DNA of 64,000 nucleotides, from positions 6,916 through 70,915 of the forward strand of contig JANQHR010000062.1 in assembly GCA_028282585.1 (NCBI GenBank). The letters are read 5' to 3'. The position numbers and the translations under genes are program-made. Position 1 is the first letter of the stretch, and every line of letters starts with the position of its first letter. Source of the DNA: Bacteroidales bacterium. GTDB taxonomy: Bacteria > Bacteroidota > Bacteroidia > Bacteroidales > UBA12077. Shown piece by piece: positions 9,970 through 19,144 of this stretch. A model generated the notes under the pieces. It made no database searches. It was not told where the DNA came from and saw nothing but the letters and a program-made list of their open reading frames with translations.

Positions 9970-10203
9970 CTATTCCTCAGGAGCTTCTTCAGCTTCTTCA
10001 GTTTCTTCAGCAACTTCTTCCGCTGGTTGAGTTGTATCAGCAACTTCTTCCATTGCTTCTTCAATTTCTTCAGCGGCCTCTTCCATTTCTTCTTGTACCT
10101 CTTCTACTGCTTCAGCAGCTTTTTCTTTCATATTTCCACAAGAATAAAAAGCTGTAAAACTTACAAGAGCTAAGGCTACCAGTAATAATTGTAATTTTTT
10201 CAT
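9970..10203 (-). CDS. Small acidic Glu/Ala-rich lipoprotein
   Basis: 77 aa. Signal peptide plus lipobox (FTAFYSC), then low-complexity EEAxEE repeats. Confidence 0.55.
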   Translation of the reverse strand: MKKLQLLLVALALVSFTAFYSCGNMKEKAAEAVEEVQEEMEEAAEEIEEAMEEVADTTQPAEEVAEETEEAEEAPEE

Positions 10204-10318
10204 GTTGTAATTTGATTTAATTATAATTTAGGATTCCTAACAAAAATAGCAAAATATTTAAAAAATCAATACGTTAACAATGGTTTTGTTTTTTATTTTT
10301 TTGTTAATATATCGATAA

Positions 10319-12373
10319 TCAATAATCAAATTTAACATTAAATCCAGCCTTAAACCACCTGCCTGGCATTGCTATATTTCCTATATCTGAATACGACTTA
10401 TTAAGAATATTACTGGCTTCTGCAAATACATTAACAATACTAAACCGGTAAGAGATTTTAGCATCAAATAACCAATAAGGATCAAATTCCTGATCACCAA
10501 TATAATCATTTATGTTAAAATCATATTTTAAATAACTACCTGCTCTATCTTGATACCTGAACGACCATAGAAGTTTTAAATTTTTATAAATAGTTTGATT
10601 TAAATTAATTATCAAATTATGCTTTAAGTAATTTAAGGAGTATTTAGTATCAAAATTATTATTGTCAGTTGAAGCTTCCTGATCAATAAAAGTGTAATTT
10701 AATCGGATATTATCTACAGTATATTTGTTAAGATTTATCTTGTTATTAAAAGTAAATCCATTAGTTTTAACGTTAGTTAAGTTTTGTGTTTCCCATTTAA
10801 GATTTTCATCTGCCGAAATATCACGTACCCATTCAATAACATTACTAGCATCTCTTAAAAAATAACTCAAATGTGATTGCAGTATTTTATTATTATATTT
10901 TAATCCTCCTTCAAAGCTCCATGCTTCTTCCGGTTTTAAATCAGGGTTCCCTACGTTACTTGGTCCATTATAATATAAATCTGTAAAGGTCGGTAGTCGA
11001 AGAGATCTGTTTGCTGTTAAAAATAATCTAAAATAATTTTTAAAACTGTAACCTAAATCTACGCCCGGATATATATTAAAATCAAAATTATTGGTTGATA
11101 CCCAACTTGCTAACACTCCTGCCGACATACTAAATTTTCCTATAAAGACGGTTTGCTCCAAAAAGTAATTTGATATGGTTCTTGAATAATTTCTTGAATA
11201 AAATCCATCCGGTTCACCAATTGCATTGATTGTATCATTCATTGATTCTCCCAAAACATTACTCCAAATGTTTTCTGAACGTAACTCAGCACCAAAAGAA
11301 GTAGTCCCAAGCTTTGTAGTAATTCGTGAATCTAATTTAATACCATAAACATCGGTTAAGTGATAATTATGTCCCGAATACCAGCTTGCCGGTTCGTAAC
11401 GAAATAATTCAAATCTATCCTGATGCCTACGAAAATATACCGATGGTATTAATTTTATTTTATCTCCTGTTTCAAATTTTAAACTGGTAAACGTAGTTTT
11501 AATTTCTTCAAATTGATCAGGATATTCCGGAGTATAAAAACTATTCGCCCCAAACTCCTTATTTGTATAACCTATCTGGAAATCGACATTCCCATTTTTT
11601 GAATTAAAATTTGAATTGTAATATACATTATATTGACGGAAGTCTGTATTTTCTGTATATCCCTTACTTTCTGATCTTGAAACCGATAAAAAATGTTTTG
11701 TGTTTCCTAATTTATAAGAACTGGTAAAATTTCCTGAAAATAATCCAAAATCTCCAGCCGTAAATCCAACTTTGGTATAATTCTGTTCTGATTGATTTGT
11801 GATGATATTAATTGCACCGCTAAATGCATTAGGGCCAAAAACTCGCGAACCTGGTCCCTCTAAGATTTCTATTCGCTCTACGGAATTTAGGTCGATTGGA
11901 AGGTTTAAACTATGATGTCCTGTTTGAGGATCTGTAATGTTAACGCCGTTTAGAAGAATTAAATTTTGGTCAAAAGATCCGCCTCTTATACTTATATCTG
12001 ATTGTATACCATTTGCTCCTCTCTGTCTAATGTCTAGTCCTGAGAAATTTTCAAGCAACTCATCAACACTTTGAACAGGCATTAGTTTTATTTCATCGTC
12101 ATTAATTACGGTCACCATCCTGGATAATTGCGAATATATTATTGGGGCTTTTTGGGCACTTACAACGACTTCTTCTAAATCAAGGTTTTTTGTTATAGTT
12201 GTATCTGTTTGGCTTAAAACCTTAATTGGAAGTAAAACAATTGTGTATGACAATGCTAAAGTTGTAATTTTTATTATTTTCTTTAATGAATTAAAAACAG
12301 AATAGCTTTTTCTGTTCCAACGTTTAAATACTAAAGTTGAGTTTTCTGATTGTGTTTTAAATTGAGTTTTCAT
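10319..12373 (-). CDS. TonB-dependent outer-membrane receptor
   Basis: 684 aa. Plug domain motifs (VVVSA..., DISIRGG, ILLNGV.I.D) and a C-terminal beta-barrel ending in an aromatic residue. Confidence 0.9.
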   Translation of the reverse strand: MKTQFKTQSENSTLVFKRWNRKSYSVFNSLKKIIKITTLALSYTIVLLPIKVLSQTDTTITKNLDLEEVVVSAQKAPIIYSQLSRMVTVINDDEIKLMPVQSVDELLENFSGLDIRQRGANGIQSDISIRGGSFDQNLILLNGVNITDPQTGHHSLNLPIDLNSVERIEILEGPGSRVFGPNAFSGAINIITNQSEQNYTKVGFTAGDFGLFSGNFTSSYKLGNTKHFLSVSRSESKGYTENTDFRQYNVYYNSNFNSKNGNVDFQIGYTNKEFGANSFYTPEYPDQFEEIKTTFTSLKFETGDKIKLIPSVYFRRHQDRFELFRYEPASWYSGHNYHLTDVYGIKLDSRITTKLGTTSFGAELRSENIWSNVLGESMNDTINAIGEPDGFYSRNYSRTISNYFLEQTVFIGKFSMSAGVLASWVSTNNFDFNIYPGVDLGYSFKNYFRLFLTANRSLRLPTFTDLYYNGPSNVGNPDLKPEEAWSFEGGLKYNNKILQSHLSYFLRDASNVIEWVRDISADENLKWETQNLTNVKTNGFTFNNKINLNKYTVDNIRLNYTFIDQEASTDNNNFDTKYSLNYLKHNLIINLNQTIYKNLKLLWSFRYQDRAGSYLKYDFNINDYIGDQEFDPYWLFDAKISYRFSIVNVFAEASNILNKSYSDIGNIAMPGRWFKAGFNVKFDY

Positions 12374-12579
12374 GTTAAAATATTATATTAATTAGTAAGC
12401 TTGCAAATTTACGTAAAATGCGTTTGAACTAAATTATACCTGTATATTACAAAACATTTTTAGAAAGGTTTATTTAGTTATATGGTAATTATAATTTGCT
12501 TTAGAAGCAATCATGTTTTTTAATAAATTACAATCGTCATGCAGCGTTAACTTTAAGTTAACGTCTTTTTAATGGAAAT

Positions 12580-13152
12580 ATGAATAAACAGGAAAGTATA
12601 TACATGAATATCCATCAGGATATTATAGACCGGTGTAAATCGGGAGAGCAAAAGGCACAGTTTCAATTATATAAACTGTACTACAAAGCAATGTACAATA
12701 CCTGCTTGCGCATTGTAAATGACAGTCTCGAGGCTGAAGATATTATGCAGGAATCGTTCTTAAAAGCGTTTGAAAAAATAAATTTCTATAAAGGAGAAGT
12801 AAGTTTCGGTGCCTGGTTAAAGAGAATTGTAATAAACCATTCTTTGGATGAATTAAGAAAGCGTAGGTTAAATACTAACTCTATTGAAGATTCGGTATAT
12901 GAAATAAAAGAAGAAACTTATGAAGACCTGGAAGAAATTGAAGTAAAAGCTGATGAAATTCGCGATGAAATACTAAAGCTTCCGGAAGGTTATAGAATAG
13001 TTGTTTCGCTTTACCTAATTGAAGGATATGATCATGATGAAATAGGTAAAATACTTAAAGTGAGTAGTTCTACATCCAGATCGCAATTTGCAAGAGGAAA
13101 AAAGAAACTAATCGAAGGTTTGAAGAAAAAAGAAATTAAAAAAATAAACTAA
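12580..13152 (+). CDS. ECF-type RNA polymerase sigma-70 factor
   Basis: 190 aa. Region 2 (EDIMQESFLKAF....F.....F.AWL.RIVIN...D..R) and a region 4 HTH (YRIVVSLYLIEGYDHDEIGKILKVSSSTSRSQ). Confidence 0.9.
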   Translation: MNKQESIYMNIHQDIIDRCKSGEQKAQFQLYKLYYKAMYNTCLRIVNDSLEAEDIMQESFLKAFEKINFYKGEVSFGAWLKRIVINHSLDELRKRRLNTNSIEDSVYEIKEETYEDLEEIEVKADEIRDEILKLPEGYRIVVSLYLIEGYDHDEIGKILKVSSSTSRSQFARGKKKLIEGLKKKEIKKIN

Positions 13153-13154
13153 AT

Positions 13155-13712
13155 ATGAAAAATCTAGATAAATTAATACAGGAAAATCGTCAAAGTTTCG
13201 ACGTGTTCGAACCTGGAGATGGCCATTTTGAAAGATTTGAAGCTAAGTTAAAAGAATTCAATACAAAGGAAAAATCATTTACATTTGGTTTTATACTTAG
13301 GGCCGCTGTTGTAGCGGTTTTAGTCGTTCTATCGGGGCTTTGGGTTTATGACAATTTTAGTTCAAAAAACCAAAAAGGAATCGCTTTAAGTGAAATATCT
13401 GAAGAATACGGCGAAGTTGAAATGTATTATACTCATTTGGTAAATCAGAAATACGAGGAACTTCATCAGTTTCAGTTCATGGACAGTACTCAAAAAGTAA
13501 TGTTAATACAGGAACTTAGTCAAATGGATTCTATTTATGAAAATCTAAAAAAAGATCTAACTACAAATCCAAACGACCAACGGGTTATTAATGCCATGAT
13601 TAGGCATTATCAACTTAAAGTTGAAGTAATGAGTCACATATTAAATCAATTACAACAAGCACAAGATATAAATAAACAAAAATCAGAAAACTATGAAAGC
13701 ACCAATATTTAA
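13155..13712 (+). CDS. Putative anti-sigma factor (single-pass membrane protein)
   Basis: 185 aa with one TM helix (ILRAAVVAVLVVLSGLWVY). Starts 2 nt after the sigma gene stop. Assigned by position only. Confidence 0.6.
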   Translation: MKNLDKLIQENRQSFDVFEPGDGHFERFEAKLKEFNTKEKSFTFGFILRAAVVAVLVVLSGLWVYDNFSSKNQKGIALSEISEEYGEVEMYYTHLVNQKYEELHQFQFMDSTQKVMLIQELSQMDSIYENLKKDLTTNPNDQRVINAMIRHYQLKVEVMSHILNQLQQAQDINKQKSENYESTNI

Positions 13713-14775
13713 ATCCGCTTTATTACTAATAACCGTCCAATTATTGGTAATAACCTCAGTATTCGCTCTGAGTGAAGAATTCTCTAAAAATTTGCAAAAA
13801 GATTTTGATGCAGATGAAAATACTCTCTTAGTTATTGAAAATAGGTTCGGAGATGTTGACATAAACAATTGGGATAAAGATCAAGTAACGATTGATGTTA
13901 CTATTACAGTTGATCACAGAAATGAAGAAAGAGCTAAAGAACTTATTGATTATATTGAAGTTCATTTTAGTCATTCAGCTAATATCATTAAAGCAGTTAC
14001 AGATATTGATGATAGATTTAGCAGATGGAATTCATTTACATCAAGTGATAACAAAGAATTTAGTATCGACTACAAAGTAAAAATTCCAAAGAATATTAAA
14101 ATTGACATTGAAAACCGTTATGGTAGCGTTTTTATAAACGAAATTGATGGTCATGCAAAAATTGCTGTTAAATATGGTAATTTAAAAGTAAATAAAATGA
14201 CCAGAGGAAAAACAAAACCTTTTAATGAAGTTTATCTTGGTTATTCAAATGGAATAATTGAAGAAAGTAACTGGTTAAATCTTACGTTAAGATATTCAAA
14301 GCTGGAAATTGAAGATGTAAGGGCTTTGATGGCTGCAACTAAATATTCAAAATTATATGTTGATAAGGCTAGTTCAATTGTTTGCGAATCAAAATATGAT
14401 GAATATAGATTAGGGAAAATTACAAACTTTGTTGCCAGTTCAGGTTACACTGGATTCGATATTAATGAAATTTATAAAAAGCTTGAATTTGATAATCGAT
14501 ATGGGAGTATAGATGTAGATTACGTTGCGGCAGATTTTGAAAAAATCAGCATTGAAAATGAATATGGAAACATTGACATTGGTATCGATCCTGGCGCATC
14601 TTACAACATAAAAGGTTATGCAAGATATGCTGATATTGATTACCCGAATGAAGGTAGAGTAAGTAGAATTAAGGAAAGTACCTCATTACAAATTGAAGGT
14701 TTGGTGGGAACGGATAGTAACACTAAATCCTTTGTTGAAATACAAACAAAATACGGGAATGTGGATTTGGAGTAA
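13693..14775 (+). CDS. Secreted beta-strand-repeat protein (DUF4097 / putative adhesin-like)
   Basis: 360 aa with a signal peptide. Recurring [RKE]YG[SN][IVL]-x-[IV] repeats (RFGDVDIN, RYGSVFIN, KYGNLKVN, RYGSIDVD, EYGNIDIG, KYGNVDLE). Confidence 0.65.
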   Translation: MKAPIFKSALLLITVQLLVITSVFALSEEFSKNLQKDFDADENTLLVIENRFGDVDINNWDKDQVTIDVTITVDHRNEERAKELIDYIEVHFSHSANIIKAVTDIDDRFSRWNSFTSSDNKEFSIDYKVKIPKNIKIDIENRYGSVFINEIDGHAKIAVKYGNLKVNKMTRGKTKPFNEVYLGYSNGIIEESNWLNLTLRYSKLEIEDVRALMAATKYSKLYVDKASSIVCESKYDEYRLGKITNFVASSGYTGFDINEIYKKLEFDNRYGSIDVDYVAADFEKISIENEYGNIDIGIDPGASYNIKGYARYADIDYPNEGRVSRIKESTSLQIEGLVGTDSNTKSFVEIQTKYGNVDLE

Positions 14776-14797
14776 CCCGAATATAATAACCAGAGAT

Positions 14798-14826
14798 AAG
14801 AGATTGGAATTTCCAATCTCTTTTTA
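14798..14826 (+). terminator. Intrinsic terminator after the DUF4097 gene
   Basis: 10-bp perfect stem pairs AAGAGATTGG (14798-14807) with CCAATCTCTT (14813-14822), followed by a T run. Confidence 0.65.
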
Positions 14827-14950
14827 GTTTATGCATGTTTATATAAAAACAGAATATTTACAACATGAGATAAACCAGGATTGACAAAATTATTTTTTCT
14901 TTAATATTTTTTCATATCTTCGAAATTTAAACAACTCCTTTATTATAGCC

Positions 14951-15814
14951 TTGCAAATTGATAGAGACATAATTATTGATTTTCTGTTTGACACTCTTCC
15001 AAAGGAGGAAATGTCAAAAGTGGCAAATGCCATACTTTCAGATGATGAATTAAAGAAAATTTACGAAGAAGAAAAAAATAAAATCATTACACACCTTTAT
15101 GTTGATGATGAATTACCACCATACGAACGTATTGAATTTGAATACAAATTAAAAAAAGACAATCAGATCTCAAAAGAAGTGCAACTGCAAAAAGGAATTA
15201 ACAATTCTATAGAAAATCTTAATCTGAAAGAAACACTTGAAGAAGCTTATAGAAATAGCAACCAAAGGAAACATCTTTTCTCGCCAATCTTATTTGAGAA
15301 TAGGAAATTTAAACATTGGTTAGTAGCTGCTTCAATAACCATCCTTCTTATTTTTGGAGCAGGAACAACTTATCATTTTCAAACAAGGGATTCATTAGAA
15401 AACAGGCTGTATGCGAAGTTTTATGAGCCTTACAATTATGATGATAACTATATATTAAATAGCAGTTCGTTCAGTTTAGCCAAACAAAAATATAAGGAAG
15501 GTGATTACATGAATGCCTTATTACTTCTAAAGAAACAACCATCATTAATAACTATCGAAACTGAAAGAGATTTCTTAATCGGATTATCATTAATGGAAAT
15601 TGGCAATTATGATACCGCATCAAAATATTTCGCAAAGGTCCTTTTGGAGCAAAAGGAATTTGAACACATTCCACAGGTCAGGTGGTATCTGGCACTTTGT
15701 TATTTAAAAGGGGGAGATACTGATAAAGCTGAAGAAACTTTTGGTATTATCGTAACTAAGAACAGCTATAACTATAAAAAAGCTAAAAGAATATTAAAAA
15801 AGCTTGGCAATTGA
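14951..15814 (+). CDS. Single-pass membrane protein with C-terminal TPR-like repeats
   Basis: 287 aa with a TTG start per the ORF track (alternative ATG at 15011). Has a central TM helix (WLVAASITILLIFGAG) and a TPR-like C-terminus (ALLLLK..., GNYDTASKYFAKVL, ALCYLKGGDTDKAEETF). Confidence 0.55.
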   Translation: MQIDRDIIIDFLFDTLPKEEMSKVANAILSDDELKKIYEEEKNKIITHLYVDDELPPYERIEFEYKLKKDNQISKEVQLQKGINNSIENLNLKETLEEAYRNSNQRKHLFSPILFENRKFKHWLVAASITILLIFGAGTTYHFQTRDSLENRLYAKFYEPYNYDDNYILNSSSFSLAKQKYKEGDYMNALLLLKKQPSLITIETERDFLIGLSLMEIGNYDTASKYFAKVLLEQKEFEHIPQVRWYLALCYLKGGDTDKAEETFGIIVTKNSYNYKKAKRILKKLGN

Positions 15815-18544
15815 TTTCCTTTTCTTCATTAAAAAAAATAATACTCCTATCATACTAATTATGTAAATCAATCTCTTTAGGTACCAATTTTTATATAATT
15901 CCTTTTGGTTGCCATTTATTACAATTCCTGCCCAAAAACGCGGATGAGCAGATATCGGGTCGGTCTGTTCAAGATATCTTAATTTAGCAAGCCTTAAGGC
16001 TTCATCTTTTCGCATTCCTTTTAGCAGATTCAGGTAAAAAGAATTTAATATGTTATTTGTTGCTTTTTGGGGTGCTAACCATAACGACATAACTATCGAT
16101 TCGCTTCCGGCATACATGAAACTCCGGCTTAGGCTCAAAACACCTTCTCCTTTGGATAGTTTCCCACCCCCGGAATAACACGATGCTAAAACGACAAGTT
16201 TAGCATTTATTTGCAAGTTATATACTTCCCAGGCGTGAAGGTAGCTGTCATTTAAAGAATCATCCGGTTCGGATAAAATTAACTTCGAATTGGCAGGGTT
16301 GAGCGTATCTTCAAAACCATGCGCATAAAGTTGTATAACATCGTATTTGTTAGAGTATTCCTTAAATTTCTGTTCTGTTGCTTTTTCTCCTGTTAAGGAT
16401 TTTCCTAACATTAATAATGCAATCTTCCTTACGCTTTTTAATCCTAATGGCATATGTATTAAGGAATCTTTCGAGTTTTCGTAACCGGGTGCAATTCCCA
16501 AAAATTTGAATCTGTTATTTTGTAATGCGGTTAAACTGTTTTTATATAATGTAGCAGAATATGCATAAGCTATCGGGTATTTCTTTAATAAAAATGGTTC
16601 TTCGCGGTAATAAAGTTCATCAACACTCTTATAGGGTTTATCAACAAGTACGTCAAATGAAATAAAGTTCATTTTATCATCCGGAATTATCAGCAGGTTT
16701 TTGTTTTGCAATAAAGGTTCTACAGGGAAAATAAGCTTCTTATAAAGATTATATGCCGAATTTCTGTATAAACGATAGTTGGATGTATGGTCCCGGTGCA
16801 AAACGGTTTTGTAGAAATCAAGGCTGGAATGAAATACACTGTCGGTGTCCTGTTTTAATAGTAAAAATGTATCCTGCGTAACAACAAAAGTATAAAGTGA
16901 ACTATCTCCTAATACATACTCCAGAATAGCTTCTTTTTTATCGATGGACTGTTGCAGTTGATTGATACTGACAATTTCCTGATTGTATTTTTGCTTATAA
17001 TATTCAGGGTAACCGGATTCAAGTTTTTCAACCAGGTTTTCGAGCTCTTGTGTTAAACTAAATATTTTTTCGTTCCATTTGTCTATTTTTACCCTATCAG
17101 GAGTTTCCTGTTTGCTTTCTTCTTCCATTTGCATCCTGATACTGCCAATTTGCTCTTTTAACCTTCGCTCATAATTTCCTAAACTGTCGGGCACTCCTGC
17201 AATCCCCCGCGCTGCCTCTTCATTTTTCAGTTCCCTTAAAACAGCATATTTGCTAAGTTCTGCGTACTTAAATGCAATTTCGGCATATTTACCATCACCG
17301 TTAATTTCATACAAAGAATTGGCAATGTTTATTATCGACAGGTATATATCGTGTTCTTGTGATGCGAGTTGTAATTTTGAACTTTCGTACAAATATCCCG
17401 TTCGTAACTGTTCAATAAAACCAACCGTGAGCTCTAAGGTAGAAAGAGCTGTTTTTAGATTAATTTCTTTATCTTCAAGTTCTGCTAACTTTTCAAAGGC
17501 TTGTGCTTTTGCTTTTAAAATATCAATTAAATCTAGGTCGGGAAATACATCCGGCCACGGGTTTACATAAATGGAACGATCATTGAAATCATATATTTTG
17601 GAAATTAATGATTGCTGGTAATAGTGTAGTGCTTGTTTGTAATTCTCCTTCTTGTAATGTAATTGCCCTAAGTTTTGTACACATAAAGACGTGTATGGAT
17701 GTTTTTCGCCAAGCATTTTAATTAAGATTTTATGAGCTTTCTGGTAAAGCTGTTCACTTTTTGAAAAATATCCTGTTTCAGAATAAAAAACAGCATAATT
17801 AACATAAGCCATTGCGGTCATGTAATGCTTTTCTCCGAACTCTTTTTTATATGATTCAATAGCCTTTTTAAAATAAATATTTGCTTTATCCAAGCTGTCA
17901 AGGTTTTGATAAATTAATCCACAATTATAATATGCATTCCCAGCAATTTTAATTTGGTTTTTTTTAGCAATCTGTATACTTTGCAAACTTTTTTTTAAAG
18001 CGAGATTCATTTGCCCAGATTTATAATAGGTGTATCCCTGATTAAGATAATTATTTACAATCCAATGGTATTTATTTACCTTGTCACTTTTTTTAAGTAT
18101 TGATAGTGAACTTTCATAATAAAAGATAGCCTTTGAGTAATCTCCTGTTAAAGAATAAATCATGGCAATGTTTCCATTAATAACTGATAAAATGTAATCA
18201 TCATCGGTAAATTCCAGTGCCTTATTATAATAATTAATTGCTTTAGATAAATTACCCTGCCTTTTAAATATCACCCCTAACCTATTAAAAACTTTGTAGT
18301 AAGCAGGCTGTATATCATTAGGCATTTCACCTTTTAACAAAAGAATTTCATTTAAACCATCAATAGCTCCGTTATAATCCCCTGACTGATATAGAACTTT
18401 TGTACTATCATAAAGCTTGGTAAGATAATTTTTATCAGTAAGTTGTTGTGCTCCTAACTTTGATACACTAAGGAATGTATTGATCAACAATAAAATAATT
18501 AGTTTGAAAATCAAGGAATTAAATTGTTGTTTAAAAGAATTCAT
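15794..18544 (-). CDS. TPR-repeat CHAT-domain protein (caspase-fold Cys protease), predicted extracytoplasmic with a C-terminal membrane anchor
   Basis: 916 aa. N-terminal signal-like segment (LIFKLIILLLINTFLSVSKLGAQQ) and many TPR units (GDYxxAIxYYxxAL pattern). The C-terminal CHAT domain has a candidate His-Cys dyad: LYAHG (His742, nt 16319-16321) and VLASCYSGGG (Cys789, nt 16178-16180). Terminal hydrophobic helix LIYIISMIGVLFFLM. Confidence 0.85.
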   Translation of the reverse strand: MNSFKQQFNSLIFKLIILLLINTFLSVSKLGAQQLTDKNYLTKLYDSTKVLYQSGDYNGAIDGLNEILLLKGEMPNDIQPAYYKVFNRLGVIFKRQGNLSKAINYYNKALEFTDDDYILSVINGNIAMIYSLTGDYSKAIFYYESSLSILKKSDKVNKYHWIVNNYLNQGYTYYKSGQMNLALKKSLQSIQIAKKNQIKIAGNAYYNCGLIYQNLDSLDKANIYFKKAIESYKKEFGEKHYMTAMAYVNYAVFYSETGYFSKSEQLYQKAHKILIKMLGEKHPYTSLCVQNLGQLHYKKENYKQALHYYQQSLISKIYDFNDRSIYVNPWPDVFPDLDLIDILKAKAQAFEKLAELEDKEINLKTALSTLELTVGFIEQLRTGYLYESSKLQLASQEHDIYLSIINIANSLYEINGDGKYAEIAFKYAELSKYAVLRELKNEEAARGIAGVPDSLGNYERRLKEQIGSIRMQMEEESKQETPDRVKIDKWNEKIFSLTQELENLVEKLESGYPEYYKQKYNQEIVSINQLQQSIDKKEAILEYVLGDSSLYTFVVTQDTFLLLKQDTDSVFHSSLDFYKTVLHRDHTSNYRLYRNSAYNLYKKLIFPVEPLLQNKNLLIIPDDKMNFISFDVLVDKPYKSVDELYYREEPFLLKKYPIAYAYSATLYKNSLTALQNNRFKFLGIAPGYENSKDSLIHMPLGLKSVRKIALLMLGKSLTGEKATEQKFKEYSNKYDVIQLYAHGFEDTLNPANSKLILSEPDDSLNDSYLHAWEVYNLQINAKLVVLASCYSGGGKLSKGEGVLSLSRSFMYAGSESIVMSLWLAPQKATNNILNSFYLNLLKGMRKDEALRLAKLRYLEQTDPISAHPRFWAGIVINGNQKELYKNWYLKRLIYIISMIGVLFFLMKKRKSIAKLF

Positions 18545-18603
18545 TATATTTTGCCCGTGTTCTTAGTTAGAACAAAAATAAGTTTAATTTAAATTTTATA
18601 ATT

Positions 18604-18732
18604 ATGAAAACAAGAAAAAAAAGAAAAGTGAAAAAAGGATTCAAAGTATTCAGTATCCTTAAAACAAAAGAATTATTGCAAATCAGAGGTGGTGATGGAG
18701 CCCCAACAGGGAATGATAACGATTTTGATTAG
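18604..18732 (+). CDS. 42-aa double-glycine-leader peptide, copy 1 (unannotated small ORF)
   Basis: Translated by hand as MKTRKKRKVKKGFKVFSILKTKELLQIRGG|DGAPTGNDNDFD*. The leader ends in the LLxIxGG motif of bacteriocin-type GG leaders. A paralog lies 150 nt downstream. Confidence 0.6.
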   Translation: MKTRKKRKVKKGFKVFSILKTKELLQIRGGDGAPTGNDNDFD

Positions 18733-18882
18733 TACTATTAATCATTGTTGTTTAATCCATCCTGTTGGTTGGCCAGTGTCAATAAGTTAAGGAATATTCA
18801 CCCTCTGTCCTTTGGACAGGAGGATAGGGGGTGAGCCTTAATTAATTACCATACGCCGGTTGACAGGTTAAAATCTTAAATT

Positions 18883-19008
18883 ATGAAAACAAGAAAAAAA
18901 AGAAAAGTGAAAAAAATGGCAAAAGCGGTTCAAATTCTTAAAGCAAAAGAATTGTTAAATATCAGGGGTGGTGGAGACCCAACAGGGAATGATAACGATT
19001 TTGATTAA
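18883..19008 (+). CDS. 41-aa double-glycine-leader peptide, copy 2 (unannotated small ORF)
   Basis: Translated as MKTRKKRKVKKMAKAVQILKAKELLNIRGG|GDPTGNDNDFD*. The first 33 nt and the last 27 coding nt are identical to copy 1. The length difference is exactly 3 nt, so the frame is preserved, which argues for coding. Confidence 0.6.
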   Translation: MKTRKKRKVKKMAKAVQILKAKELLNIRGGGDPTGNDNDFD

Positions 19009-19144
19009 TTGCATAACCATATTAAACTAACCGGATTGTATTATTGGAGCAGTTTAAAAATTTAACTGCTTATTTAATCAGAACAACAGGTAATGTGGGA
19101 AACCAAACCTTGTTGAAAGGAAATTGGTAGTATCTAAATAGTGT

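Noticed and set aside
12374-12579. Possible cobalamin or other riboswitch upstream of the TonB-dependent receptor
   Set aside because: I looked for conserved riboswitch cores such as the B12 box on the minus strand. The region is AT-rich with no convincing structured, GC-containing core.
13683-14080. ORFs 13683-13868 (-) and 13892-14080 (+) overlapping the DUF4097 gene
   Set aside because: They are alternative-frame or antisense ORFs within a repeat-rich CDS. The 360-aa frame has the signal peptide and the repeat logic.
17250-17570. 106-aa plus-strand ORF inside the TPR-CHAT gene
   Set aside because: Antisense shadow ORF, Ser-rich and without motifs.
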